Below, piece by piece: positions 12,300 to 25,990 of a stretch of DNA of 64,000 nt. The notes under the pieces are model-generated. The model was not told the origin of the DNA, did no database searches, and worked only from the letters and a program-made list of their open reading frames with translations. This DNA comes from Macrostomum lignano. Lineage: Eukaryota. Each line of letters opens with the position of its first letter. Positions within the stretch are counted from its first letter, which is position 1. Made by a program: the position numbers and the translations under genes. Location: positions 62,001 to 126,000 of the forward strand of contig NIVC01001007.1 of the NCBI GenBank assembly GCA_002269645.1. The letters run 5' to 3'.

Positions 12300-13506
12300 G
12301 GCTTTGAGAGGATCGCAGGATCGCCTAAATCAAGGACTACATTACACTATATGCTTGTATAACGAAGTGTTCCTTAGTTGTCCATGGCCTGAGTTTTATA
12401 TTTTGATCTCTGTTGGTGCAGTCTTTTGCTGAGCAAGTCTGCAAGGTCGCTTTCTGGCAGGTATTGGGAACGAAGGTAGTTAGCTGACTTGTTGCCTGGT
12501 ATTTCAGGGTTTCAGTGAAAGCCGTCCAGATAGTGTTCCCGGACTTTTCTATTTCACGTACAGGATGTTTTTTATTTTGGGCAAGAGGACTGCAACCAAA
12601 AGTCCAGGCCGGCTCCTGAAGCATACATGACAATGCCCGGCCTTTTCGAAGTTCACCACAGCGCCACTGTTGCAGTCGAGGCCACGATGCAGTGGTGCAG
12701 GAATGTCCACACCCAGGAGTCCGCGGGTGGCATGGTCCGCGCAGCTGCCTGCTGACTCCTCCGGGCCACCGTGCCACTTGGCCTGTAAAATATACAGCGA
12801 GTGGTCATATCGTGTAGCATGACATTCAAATCGTAGTCGACTGCTTCCATGAGCTCGCCGATATATGTATGTTGAAATGAGGTAAGCCTTCAAGCGTTGC
12901 ACATCAATACTTCCATCGCTTCCTTTAGAGACGAGCTGGTTGGACTCAAGCAGTTGCTGTATTATTCTGGCATTAGCAGCGATCCACTGTCCAGTGCAGA
13001 TACTGTTGAGCTTGGGTACACCGCTCCTCGCTGCGCCCCGGTCGCGATCATGCATCAGTCAAGCAATCTGCTCCCGTCTACCATCCTTGAAGTTTGCGAT
13101 CAGCAGATCGAGGGTGTCGAGCCGGCCGCGTCTCCGCTGAAAGCGAGCCAAAAAGCGCCGAAATCGGGTCGACATCTCCAGCTGTGGCGGCGGCATGCAG
13201 ACCGATTTCCTGACGGGGTTGCACCTCTCGCTTCTTTAGTTCGACGAAGTCGCTGTCAAGTCGGCTCTCTTGAGAAATGTTGGCAGCGTCAATATTCTCT
13301 GATTCTTCCTCGTTCAGCAGCTGACTTATCGCTGCATCTGCTCCTTCTCCTTCTGTATCGTCAGAGGCTTCGGCGTTGTCTGGTTGTGGTGGAGCAGCTT
13401 GAAGCCGCTCAATAAGCTCTTGTTTGTTTCCCAAAACCGGTAGGCCATTGTCTCTTAGACATGCAGCGTGCAGTTGGGCTACTGTTAACGGCCGGGTCCA
13501 AATCAA
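12300..13506 (-). mobile_element. Degenerate DIRS/Ngaro-type tyrosine-recombinase retrotransposon relic (SAP-containing ORF1)
   Basis: SAP-like LTVAQLHAACLRDNGLPVLGNKQELIERL. Gag-like QWIAANARIIQQL...AYL...GELME...YDHSLYILQAKW is split by frameshifts. A decayed Cys/His finger follows, then AFTETLKYQATSQLTTF, which resembles the start of the YR N-terminal domain. Confidence 0.6.
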
Positions 13507-13899
13507 ATATGACGGCAGATGAAAAAGGGCCTGTCAACTTAAGCTCATATTCAAGTGGTGCCCGAGTAACCTATGTACACAAATGATACGTTATTCTGCT
13601 CCCAGTGACACCAGAAAGCTGGGTTTGGCAAAAAGTTATAAAAATTGGACCTGTAATAGAAGAGAACAAGCAAGGGGACAATTAGGGACTATTATGAAAA
13701 CTTAAGCTCATAAGGTGTGTGGAGTCTAGCTCCAAATGAATAAGAATAAGATTGTGCACGAGTGTGTGAGCCTCGCAGGCCAGCTCGATCTTGGTTCGTA
13801 GCTTCTTGCTGAGGCGCCAGGCCCCGGGGTTCTTTATTTATTTCTCTGCTTCCCAGCTTGGGGGAATGCAACCGGCAGGCCTATGCTTGTTGGGGGTGC

Positions 13900-16320
13900 G
13901 GGGTGCAGACAGACAGACTTGTGCATAGGACTTGGGCGTGCATTGGCCGTACAGTGATGACTGTAACGGCTAGACAGAGACATGTGCCTGGTGGGACTGA
14001 GGAGTGCGAGTAACATAGACAGACACTACAAGGTGGAGACCCAGCAGCGACTTCTGATGGAGGAGAAGCTCGCGTTGAGGAATATTGTCTTCGCGGTGGA
14101 GATCGCAAAGTCGGAAACTGAGCAGTGGATGGAGATCGACCAGTGCACGCAATGCAAACGGAAGATGAGGAAGCAGCAACGGGTGGATTTCGCAAGTCTG
14201 CGTAAGCCTGCTGGTCAATGACCAGCTCCTCAACATACAGCTGGACACCGGTGCCTGCGTCAGCCTCGTATAATACCGGAGTCGATGTGGAAGCAGCTCG
14301 GCCGACCTCCGCTGACACCAAAACGCCTGGATGGGCGAACCGATACAAGTCAAGGGAACAGCCGAGATCAGGGTCAGCGACGGCGGAAGACAGTATGATG
14401 AGCTGCCGTTGGTGGCCACTATTCAGACCGGAGCCTGCCGATTGCTTGGACGCAATTGGATAGAACAGTGCGACTCAACTGTACTCAGTTGTTTACCAAC
14501 CATATCAGCCAGGCGCCGGCGCAGAACAGCGGGCCTCTTGACCAGTATTCTTCAAGGCTAGATCCGTGCAGCCATTCGCGATGCGGGACAATTAGCTAGA
14601 GCTCGAGCTCCAGGACATGCTCAACAAAGGTATCATCCGGACGAAGTCAAGAAGGTGCCACAGAAGGTGGAAGCAATAGTCAACAGCTCAAAGCCAGCGA
14701 CAGTATCAGAGCTGCGATCATTCTAGGGCCTCGCAAACTACTATGCCCGACATTTCAAGGACTTCTCCACGATCGCTGCTCTTCTGTATCAACTGTGGAG
14801 GAAGGAGACGGACTGGCAAAGGGCTGAGACGGAGTTCCAAGCCTGTGAAGATGTGAAGCGAGAACTGAGTTCGGATAGCGTGCTGACGCACTTCAACGAG
14901 AAGCTTCCAGTGGTTGGAGCTCGTAGTAGCGGATGCTTCATCAGTCGGCATCGGCGCGGTGCTGTCCCACACGATGGATGACGGCTCGGAACGGCGGTGA
15001 CTGCAAGGATGCTGTCAGCAGCGGAGCGAAATTACTCGAAAATCGAGGAGGCCCTCGAAATCGTGTTCGCTATCAAGAGACTCCCAGTACCTGTTCGGCC
15101 AGAGATAACTACGAATCATCAGCTATTGGCGACGATTTTCGTACCGAAGAAGCATCTCACCGACAGCATCTGGGGAGCTCACGTACTGTTTCCAAAAGCG
15201 GAGCTCTGCGCGAGCTGCACGTGTAACACTTCGGCATGTCCCGGATGAATTTCGCCTGAACCCAGGCCAGGAATGGATGCTGACATCGAGTCGGTGACTC
15301 TCAATACGTTAAGCTGCATCCGGTTCTGACTCCGGGTTTGGCCAGACTAGCCCTGGGACCCCCATCCACGTCGATTTGGCCAAACTGGTCCGAGGCCGCC
15401 AGTTTCTCCTCGTAATCGAAGCGCACTAAAAGTGGCGCACGTGGATGTTGCGTAAGCTGCGAGCGTTTTTCGCACAATTGGGACTGCCGAGAGAACTCGT
15501 ATCGGACAATGGGCTAGCATTAATCAGCCAGGGGTTTAGCGATTTCTGCATAGCAAATAGAATTCGCCAGACCAACGGACTGGTGGAACGGCTGGTGAAG
15601 TCGTTCAAGATGGCCATGGAGCTAGGCATCACGGAGCAACTGGCTGCTGGGCTACCGAGCTAACCCGCACTTAACGACCGCCGGACACCAACGGAGCTCT
15701 TTCTGAAACGGCAGCTCCGGACTCGAATGGATCAGCCCGGGATCGCGTACTGCGAGAACAATCGGCCCAGAAGCGACAGCTGAACGACCGGCGGGCGCGA
15801 GAGCTGCCGGAGGAGCCGTAATCGGCGACCTGAGCCAGTGACTATCGGTCTAATGCGGCGGCAAACCGGTAAAAGTTCTCGAGCACATTTGGCCGCTGAG
15901 CTTCCGAGTCGAAACGAGCGACAGCCTGACCTGGCGTCGTTATGCCGTCCAACTGCGGGGCTGACGAGCCGAGAGCGACAAACCAGACGGTCCGGCAGCC
16001 GAGACCAAGTCAGTTGAGGCTGCGGACTCGACCGGGACCGGAGCGGAGCACTCAGGGCCGGAGCCACAAGGTGCATCCTGCGGACTGACGTATGCACGCC
16101 TGCGACAGCCACCTGAGAAGCTGCACCTACTTGAAAGTAGGGAGCTGTGATTATAGGAAAAGGACTTCTTCTGACAGAAGAAAAGTGTCCTGACTTATGG
16201 GGTTGGGACCGCGTGGTAGGGGCTGCGGCTTGTCTAGTTAGCCTATAGTTCGAAGTACCGTGTTGCAATGCATATGTGCGCGCGGGGCGCTCCTCTCGCG
16301 CGGTGTGGTTCGATATGACA
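13900..16320 (+). mobile_element. 5'-truncated, internally deleted Ty3/gypsy LTR retrotransposon
   Basis: Gag QQRLLMEEKLAL; protease QLDTGACVSL (14244) and LLGRNW; RT edge LQDMLNKGII; connection/RNase H ELRSF*GLANYY and ADASSVGIGAVL...AERNYSKIE; integrase GLPRELVSDNG...TNGLVERLVKSFK; many stops and frameshifts. Confidence 0.92.
16146..16320 (+). repeat. Putative 3' LTR (175 bp) preceded by a polypurine tract
   Basis: PPT gaaagtagggag at 16133-16144; TGT...ACA termini; no 5' copy in the window. Confidence 0.55.
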
Positions 16321-19300
16321 GCCACCTAAGTCCCGGAAATGAAACAAAAATAATAATGAAATAAAAAACAGTATGAAAATAAAACTGTCACTAAACAGCT
16401 ATATAAAATATAGTAGATTAACATATGCTGTGCATGCTCGATTAAAAGAATTGTAATCTTCCCTGTCCTAGTCGATCAAATGCAATCATTGATTATAATA
16501 TAAAAAATGATTACTCTCCTATCTCCGCAGTGTATTTCTTCCAGTAAATTGGCCTCCAAAATGGCACGATCTTTGATCGAGTTTTATACGTCTTGTTATG
16601 CTTCAGTTACGTGGTCCTTTTGCAAACTTAACGCATCAAAAGCGGCTCATTTAATGCTATAAATTCACCATGCAGCTAGCTAAGGGTCACGATATCAAGG
16701 GATGGCTCTATACATATACACTGTAAAACCATAGCGCTATATAGAAGAGTTTGCAGTCGCATTTTACATATGACTGTTATATGTATGGCCCAAGCCCCAA
16801 GGACCACTATGTAGCACGTCTCAAGCAACTTAAGCCTTACAACAGGAATTTATAATGGAATAATAGCTATATGTAGCTACATGTACCATGTACATGTACA
16901 TATCGAGCTTATGGACCTGTAACTCAGCTACTACTCCTCGCCACCACGCATGTATTCAACCTTTTGGGTGACCAGTGACAGGAGTGGAAAGCCAAAGTAT
17001 CAAGTGATTAATTTCTATGCTCCAAGGCCTGGTAAGGGCTTAAGGCTTAAGAAAGCGGAACCCTACATTGATGTACATCGAGTCATGCATGTACATGACT
17101 TGTACTACAGACGTGTGTAAATTTAATGTTGACGAAAGCAGCCAATCTAAATCATGGCATTCTTTTTCGGTTGCATTCTTACAGCCGAAACCATGTGCTG
17201 TGTTATGCAGCACTGATATATTGGAAATATAACACTTGGCATATACTAGGAAAAAGGTTACGGACAAAAAAATTGTATACTGTACAACTTGTAGCGGATA
17301 AAAATTTTTAAGCAGAGCATTATGTTTATTTAGTAATCTATCAACTAATAACTTTGCATTTAGGTTTAAGACATGTGGTAAGAAAATAGATAACGTATTT
17401 GTTTTATTATTTTTAATTTAAATCAAAAAATCCACGGGATTTTCGGAATAATATTATTTTTGTGGCCAGTATGGGGCTGGGCTTACTACTTACTACTCGA
17501 CAAATTTGGTGGATATTCAGCTCGTTTGTAAAATTCAAACTCCAAATCAGTCACTATTTGATATGCAGAAAATTTTTAAATGTTTGCATGAATATTTATT
17601 GGGAAACTTACATTGAACAAAACAAATGTATAGGCGATAGGCCTAAGGGAAGTAACTTTATTCAAGCACCAACGGTCCAACGCAATGTCAGTTTATATGA
17701 AATATGTGACTCTTCCATAAATAGCTAGGCCTAAATAGCTTCATAATAGAACTTTTTCTACAGCATGTGTCATATTGTCACAATATGCAGTCTAGCATTG
17801 AATTGTCTGGCTTCTATATATTAATATATTATTTAAATTTAATATTTATCTTTGTTATGATCTAAATCCTAAATAAATATATAATGAATCTTAAATTTTA
17901 TAAATTTTAAATAGTAAATACTAAATATATAAATTAAATAATAGTTAATAGTCACAATTAACTAGGCCTATTAACTATTAACTACTAACTATTAATACTA
18001 TTATCTATTATTTCTTAATAGTATTAACTATTAATTTTAGTTAACTATAATTGCATAGCCTCACTATAATTAATCCATAGTCTATTCTGGATTATATTGG
18101 ATGCATGCTAGAATGTATACCAAGGAGTTTTTTGTTTGGCAGTTGTTATTTGTCTGATGACTAGACAAATAGCCTTTTTGCTATTTGTCCAGTTAAATTG
18201 CTAACACAAGTATCTTATTTGTTTCGTGATGAATATTCTAGATTTTTAAGACCTATTCTCATATACTAATTATGATTAATATTTTCTTGTATACTAGAGT
18301 GTTAAGCAAAGCAGTATATTATTCAATTTGACATAATTTGGTATATTAGACACACACTAGTATAACAATATAATAATCAAGATATGAGTAAGAAGTCTTT
18401 GAAATCTAGGAATATTTACCCTTGTGGTTTTTATGAACTAGATATTTTAGCATTATCAATTTAACTGGACAAATAACAATTGCCTTTTTGTTTGCATGCC
18501 TATTGCATGCTATGCTTACTAACTATATGCCATACATGCCAATAACAATAATTTACAATAAGCCTATAAACAAAAGCAGAAAATTTATTTAAATGTTGCA
18601 TCTCAAAAATGCATAACAAAAAACAAAGCTTTAATTTTTTTAAATATTATAACTATCCATTTAAGTAAAAGTGTTATATTCGTGATGAATATTCTAGATT
18701 ATAACTATAACTATAACTAATTCTAGATTATAATTATAACTATCCATTTAAGCAAAAGTGTTATATTATATTAGGCTTTTTAGTACAAAAATATTTTTCT
18801 CTTTTCTAGTAAAAATAAACAAGATAAAATAGATTTAGGAGTATTTTCAAACTTAACAAGATTATTGTATTATGATCTAATGATCATTATACATCTAGGC
18901 CCTACCTACCATATTCTAGACCATAAAGCTAGCCTATTCTATAGCATAGCTATGCCACCATGCCATATATCCAAATACACATTAATTTTGAAAATTAACT
19001 TTGTGAAAAAAGCAAAAAACACTTTTAAAAATCTATTTTGGCCTTGCTATATTTCTAATAAAAGGTTAGCAATCTGGTTTAAAAAAACCACTATAATCTC
19101 TGCTTGTAATAAATTGCTATGTATTGTAGGGGTAGGTGATATATATTTTGTATTCAATGCCAATAAAGCCTCCATATTTTAGGGGTATAATTTAATTTAA
19201 TGATTCCCAAAATAAAGGGGGTTAAGCTTAGGCTGAGTATACATAGAAGTTATAGTGTAAATAGATAGATAGGACTATATTGATATTCAATTGGTTATAT

Positions 19301-20469
19301 TATTGGCACCTTTCAATAGGCAACCCTGTTTATTAGCTAGGCAAGGAAATTCAATGAATAAATTTGTGAGCATCTTTAGCATGCAACAAACTTATATTCA
19401 ATACTTCAATGCTTTAAATTGGGAATTTCAAATGCTAACTGTTCCTTAAGATTTAAAATTTTAGAGAAAAGACTTATATTGCTAAAAAGATCTTGGAACT
19501 AGTGTTCTGCCCTAAAGAAGGTCCATGTCCCATAGCCGTAGCTGTTGGCAAAACTATGGCTTATTCTAATTCTCCATATTCCTTAGCCATAGAGACCCCA
19601 ATATTATTATATTCCTGCAGTTCCCATAGCTGTAGCTATAGTTTTAATAAAAATCTAGGAAACAAAATATTTTGAACCAAGAAGATAACCTAGTGCTTAA
19701 AAAACTGCAAATTAAAATAGAAAATAAAACAAACACTCAATTGCCTTTGTAAGATTCATATTTTATCTTTTTACAAAGAGTAACAATATTTAATCACTAC
19801 TAAAAGTACTACTGCTAAAATTTTTCACATTCATAAAAGTTAAAGTAATAGTTTGTTATTAATGTTTTATTGTACTCTATTAGGTATAATTTATAAGTTT
19901 CTAAGTCTATAATGCATCTTCCAAAGTATCTTTGTTTTATTTTACCTGTTTCTAATATTTTTTTTATTTTTTTAAATTAATAACTTTGGCTACAGAAATC
20001 TATGGAATATGACAACAACTACCATATTTCCATAGTTGTAGCCATAAGAGCAGCTATCCACCATAGGCATATCTGTAGTTGCCATAGGCACCTATTTCAC
20101 CATATTTGCTATAGGATCCCATAGCTATAGCTAAGTTCCATGCTTTTAATTTCTGACATGTGTGCTGAGTTCAATGAAAAAAACCCATGTTGGGGTTGGT
20201 AGCAATAGGCTCAGTGTACATAGCAGAGTACAGTGTTTTAGAATTACTTTATTTGTAGCCTTTACTGCACCCCATTGGAAAGGCTATAGATAAAATTGAA
20301 ATAAAAGAATGTTAAAAAAGGTTAAACCTAATCCTAACCACTGATGCCTCTACCTTGAATATTTTAAATTGATTAATTGATGGATTTCTGTTTCTTTAAG
20401 CGGATTTTAAATGATATCTGTTCATTGGGAAGGATTTTAATGGATATCTATTTCACAGAAAAGATTTTG

Positions 20470-20968
20470 ATGGATTTGTGTTTCATTGAAAGGATGAAGG
20501 AGTGAAATGAATAGAAATAAAAGAAATAAAAAATAAAAAAGAGGAACATAAAAAAGAGAAGTAAAGAAAGGGAACAGAGAACAGAAAAGGTGAATAGAGG
20601 TAAGAGAAAAGATAGATGAGAGTTGAGAGGAGAAAAGAGAAGGGAGAAGGGAGAGGAGAGGAGAAATGAGAGAAAAGAGGGGAGACAGGAGATAATAGAG
20701 AGAACAGAGGAAAGATGAGAGAAAAGAAGGGTAGAGAGAATTTAGATGAGCAATTACTACAAAGAAAAAAAGAAACGAGAAGAGAGAAGAAGGACAGAGT
20801 AGAGGAGAAATAATAAATCAAAAATGAGAGATGAGAGATAGGAGAGGTGAGAAGGAAGAGGAAAGAGAGGAGAATAGAAATCAGAGAGAAGAGAGATGAG
20901 AGGAAAGATAAGAAAGTGCAAGTAAAAAGGAGAAAATAGAGAGAGGGAGAGAGAGAGAGAGAGAGGAG
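20470..20968. repeat. GA-rich low-complexity tract ending in (GA)n
   Basis: Read directly. Confidence 0.85.
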
Positions 20969-21040
20969 GGCGCCTCCAATCTCGGGCACTGACACGGTAG
21001 AAAGTCAGAAAGGACTGAAAAAAGTCAATTTAAATTGAGT

Positions 21041-21077
21041 AGCCGATATTTCAAAATCAAATTTCTTCGTCAGGGCT
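21041..21077 (-). ncRNA. Minimal type I hammerhead ribozyme
   Basis: AGCC CUGACGA A GAAAU-UUG-AUUUU GAAA U AUC GGCU: conserved core, stem I AGCC/GGCU, AUC cleavage triplet. Confidence 0.72.
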
Positions 21078-21489
21078 GCAAGCGAGTGAAGTTTATTTGG
21101 CGCGAATTGCCGTCAATATATAAAGGCGATATCGCCAGGGAGAGACGATCGATAAATTGATGTGCTCAAGCACTTAAAACAGTACGCATGGTCAGTACAT
21201 TAAAACGAGTCCGAGACTATGAGAAAAGCGGGGGTGGCTAAAACTGTACAATTGGGCCTAGACGACCTTTAAGTGTAGAATAAAAATTGCAAAAATAAAT
21301 GGCGAAATAAATAGGTAAGGTAAATAAAAATAATTATTAAATGCTCAGAGCAAAAATGCAGGTGCACCGTACACAGTGTCAGAAAATGAATAAAAAGCAG
21401 AAAATAAATAATCTGAATAAATCGAAATAAAGTCAATGAAAAATCACAGAGGGGAAAATAGCAGTAAAGGAGCCTTTGTACAGCTGATC

Positions 21490-21951
21490 TCAATTGGCAG
21501 AAGCTGGTTCGAGCTGGCTGTGGCAGAGTAGATCCCGAAGGCTCCTCCCTTTAGTGAAGGCCGGCAGTACAGGGGCATCGCAGTGCTGTGCCACGCCGTC
21601 CCTCACCTTGGCAACCAGGGTGTCTGACCCAGCGCAGTGCGGCACAATCAGTGGGATCGCCGGATTGTGCAGCACCCCAGCCAGCTCGTTGGCGCCATGT
21701 GGGACCAGAGTTTTCAGGACCGCGATGAGTTTGGCCTCCTGGCGTTGACGTCGTTCATTGGCCTTGGGTCCAGAGCCGTCCCGCGTCCACACTCCGGTGA
21801 AGGCAAAGTCCTCGAGACTATGGCCATCGTTGCTGAAGTGGCGGGCCACCGGAGTGTCGCGTGCGTGCCTGATGTCGCCGACGTGCGCTAGCATGCGGGC
21901 CCGGATGCTGTTGACCGTCTCGCCGACGTAGACCGTGCAGCTGCTGCAGCT
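21490..21951 (-). pseudogene. Penelope-type GIY-YIG endonuclease C-terminal fragment
   Basis: SCSSCTVYVGETVNSIRARMLAH...TPVARHFS...RRQRQEAKLIAVLKTLVPHGAN is in one frame to the stop at 21490; the 5' part and RT are missing. Confidence 0.88.
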
Positions 21952-21952
21952 G

Positions 21953-22330
21953 AGAGAGAGAGATAGAGAGAGAGAGAGAGATAGAGAGAGAGAGAGGGAG
22001 AGAATGAAGAGAGTAGAGATGAGAGCACAGAGAGGAGAGAGGAGAAGTAGACAAGAAAAGAGAGGAAAAGAAGGAAGAGGAGAAAGGAGAGAGGACAGAG
22101 ATGATAAGAGAGAGAAAAGAGTAGAGAGAGGAAAGAGGAAAAAGTAGAAAGGAGAGAGAAGAGAAATGATAGAGCAGGAGAGATGAGAAGAGAGGTGAGA
22201 GGAAAGATAGAGTAGAAATCATTGCTCAGAGAGACGAGAGATAAGATGATAGATGAGACTAGAGATGAGAGGAGAGATGAGAGAGTAAAGAAGAGAGAGG
22301 AAAGAAGAGAGAGGAGATAGGAGAGTCTTA
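21953..22330. repeat. (GA)n and GA-rich tract
   Basis: Read directly. Confidence 0.85.
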
Positions 22331-23029
22331 ATCTGGACAATTGCAGTTAATTTTTGCAAACTGGGAAAACAAGATATGATATTTGAGGTTTATAGAGGAG
22401 TTGGAGAGGATTTGGAAGATGGAATTCGGGTCAAAGGATTCAGCTGATGGATTTCAAGGAATGGGATTCTGACTATAATAATCCAAATATTAGATTCTGG
22501 TTATAATAATAAGTAACTTGTTTATTTTTATAGAGATTTATTCATTTTTTAAATGTTCAAAATTTGCTGTTATTTTTTATTAACAAACTCATTAAGACTC
22601 ATTATCTCCTATAGTATACTGTGTATTTTTGAATGACTGGTAGTATTGTATCTATTAGTATCAAATCTAAAGAGAGACCGGCATTGTTGACATAAATCCA
22701 ACTTCGATATTTCACCTGGCTGTGTGACTTACTTTTTGACCAAAAAATACGACTTTCCTATGAAAGAAACCTGGAAGCAAAAATTTTTACCCAAAAGTAA
22801 TTTTGGGTAAACGGCAGGAGTAACTGACGGCATGTGTACTATTAAGTTTAAATGCATCGTCATCTAATTAGTACTACGTTTGTATTTTTGAGTCAGTGTT
22901 TTTGTGACTGACCTGGCCAGACCTCTTGCCACCCGGCCAAATTGGCTAGGTTGGCCGGGTGTTGGGTATGTATGATAGTTGACCCTAATAAGTTTTGATG
23001 CCAAAAGTACAAAGATATCTAATTATGTT

Positions 23030-23400
23030 CTATCTTATCTACTAAAAATGAGTTGTTTGTTTGTATGCAATCGATTAGAGAAAAAATGGCTGGACCGATT
23101 TTCTTCGAACTTGCACTGTTCGATCAGAAATTTTCCTGGGACGGTACATGCATCTTGGCTAAGAAATTGCTCCATGTTAAAGCGATTAAATATTCGAAAA
23201 ACATGCTTTTTTGCAAAGGTCAAGCAAACTTTTCGACTTGAAATGCATTGTAAGAATGCTAGAGAAAAAACTGACTGGTTGAATTCTGATTCTGAAATAG
23301 ATTACATCATAACTGAATTGTAACTCCGACTTGAATTGCGTCACAGTATTGAAAATGCAGTGTGGAAGCGTAGCACTGCAGACTTGATTTAGATTGCGCA
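23030..23400 (+). mobile_element. Helitron-derived non-autonomous element remnant (Lep1/HINE-like)
   Basis: atcttatctactaaaaatgagttgtttgtttgtatg...ggctggaccgattttcttcgaactt resembles the 5' signature of such elements; boundaries uncertain. Confidence 0.4.
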
Positions 23401-23639
23401 ACAATATTGTTAACTGATACTGACTGACTGAGAAATTAATTATGTAATAACTGCCTCGTGTGATTTACTCTATGCTTAGAGTTTTGAAACTTATAATTAT
23501 AAGTGCTGAATTCATGTTATCAAAACGATGAGAGCTAGCCTAGAGGTAAACAGACTGAACTGCTAAATGCAGAAACGATGGTTCGAATTTTTAGAAAGTA
23601 GAGTTTTTTTAATTAAAGCTCTTTAACGCCAAGAAAACT

Positions 23640-25990
23640 AAAAAAATCATAAAAGCGTCATGTAAAAAATCATAGAAGCGTCATGTAAAAAATCGTGGAA
23701 GTGTCATGTAAAAAATTGTGGAAGCATCATGTAAAAAGCATAGAAGCGTCATGTAAAAAATCATAGAAGCGTCATATAAACAATCATGGAAGCGTCATGT
23801 AAACAATCATAGAAGCATCGTGTAAACAATCATAGAAGCGTCATGTAAACAATCATAGAAGCGTCATGCAAACAATCATAGAAGCGTCATGTAAACAATC
23901 ATAGAAGCGTCATGTAAACAATCATAAAAGCATCGTGTAAACAATCATAGAAGCATCATGTAAAATATTGTAAGAGCGTAATATAAAAATCATAGAAGCG
24001 TCATTTAAAAAATCATAGAGGCGTCATATAAAAATCAAAAAAACGTCATGTAAAAAATCATAGAAGCGTCATGTAAAAATCATAGAGGTGTCATGTAAAA
24101 ATCATTGAAGCGTCCTGCAGAAATCGTAGAAGCGTCATGAAATAATCATAGAAGCGTCATGTAAAAAATCATAGAAGCGTCATGTAAAAAATCATAGAAG
24201 CGTCATGTAAAAAATCATAGAAGCATCGTGTAAACAATCATAGAAGCGTCATGTAAAAAATCATAGAAGCGTCATGTAAAAAATCATAGAAGCGTCATAT
24301 AAACAATCATAGAAGCGTCATGTAAACAATCATAGAAGCGTCATGTAAAAATCATAGAAGCGTCATGTAAAAATCATAGAAGCGTCATGTAAAAAATCAT
24401 AGAAGCATCATGTAAAAAATCATAGAAGCATCGTGTAAACAATCATAGAAGCGTCATGTAAAAATCATAGAAGCGTCATGTAAAAAATCATAGAAGCGTC
24501 ATCTAAAACATCATAAAAGCGTCATGTAAAAAATCGTAGAAGCGTCATTTAAAAAATCATAGAAGTGTCATGTAAAAAATCGTGGAAGCATCATGTAAAA
24601 AGCATAGAAGCGTCATGTAAAAAATCATAGAAGCGTCATGTAAACAATCATAGAAGCGTCATGTAAAAAATCGTGGAAGCATCATGTAAAAAGCATAGAA
24701 GTGTCATGTAAAAAATCATAGAAGCGTCATGTAGACAATCATAAAAGCGTCATGCAAACAATCATAGAAGCGTCATGTAAACAATCATAGAAGCTTCTTG
24801 TAAAAAATCGTAGAAGCGTCATGAAAAAATCATTAAAGCGTCATGTAAAAATCATAGAAGAGTCATGTAAAAAATCGTAAGAGCGTAATATAAAAATCAT
24901 AGAAGCATCATTTAAAAAATCATAGAGGCGTCATATAAAAATCAAAAAAACGTCATTTAAAAATCATAGAAGTGTCATGTAAACAATCATAGAAGCGTCA
25001 TGTAAACAATCATAGAAGCGTCATGTAAAAAATCATAGAAGCGTCATGTAAACAATCATGGAAGCGTCATGTAAACAATCATAGAAGCGTAATGTAAAAA
25101 TCATAGTAGCGTCATGTAAAAAATCATAGAAGCGTCATGTAAAAAGCATAGAAGCGTCATATAAACAATCATAGAAGCGTCATGCAAACAATCATAGAAG
25201 CGTCATGTAAAAATCATAGAAGCGTCATGTAAAAATCATTGAAGCGTCCTGCAGAAATCGTAGAAGCGTCATGAAATAATCATAGAAGCGTCATGTAAAA
25301 AATCATAGAAGCGTCATGTAAAAAATCATAGAAGCATCGTGTAAACAATCATAGAAGCGTCATGTAAACAATCATAGAAGCGTCATGTAAAAAATCATAG
25401 AAGCGTCATATAAACAATCATAGAAGCGTCATGTAAACAATCATAGAAGCGTCATGTCAAAATCATAGAAGCATCATGTAAAAATCATAGAAGCGTCATG
25501 TAAAAAATCATAGAAGCGTCATGAAAAAAATCATAGAAGCATCGTGTAAACAATCATAGAAGCGTCATGTAAAAAATCATAGAAGCGTCATATAAACAAT
25601 CATAGAAGCGTCATGTAAACAATCATAGAAGCGCCATGTAAACAATCATAGAAGCGCCATGTAAAAATCATAGAAGAGTCATGTAAAAAATCATAGAAGC
25701 GTCATGTAAACAATCATAGAAGCGTCATGTAAAAATCATAAAAGCGTTATGTAAACAATCATAGAAGCGTCATTTAAAAAATCATAGAAGCGTCATTTTA
25801 AAAATCATAGAAGCGTCATATAAACAATCATAGAAGCGTCATGTAAACAATCATAGAAGCGTCATGAAAAAAATCATAGAAGCGTCATGTTAAAATCATA
25901 GAAGTGTCATGAAAAAATCATAGAAGCGTCATTTAAAAACTAATGAAAGTGTCATTTATAAAATTAAGAAGCATCATAGTAGAATAAAAG
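23640..25990. repeat. 22-23-bp AT-rich satellite (aaaaatcatagaagcgtcatgt)n, about 2.3 kb
   Basis: Read directly. Confidence 0.95.

Larger units (their letters stand above)
20969..21952 (-). mobile_element. 5'-truncated Penelope-like element bounded by (GA)n tracts
   Basis: GIY-YIG coding region, 3' region and hammerhead all on the - strand; both ends abut GA microsatellite. Confidence 0.8.

Noticed and set aside
23640-25990. CRISPR-like array
   Set aside because: Direct tandem units with no unique spacers, no cas genes, and a eukaryotic context; the same applies to all other arrays.
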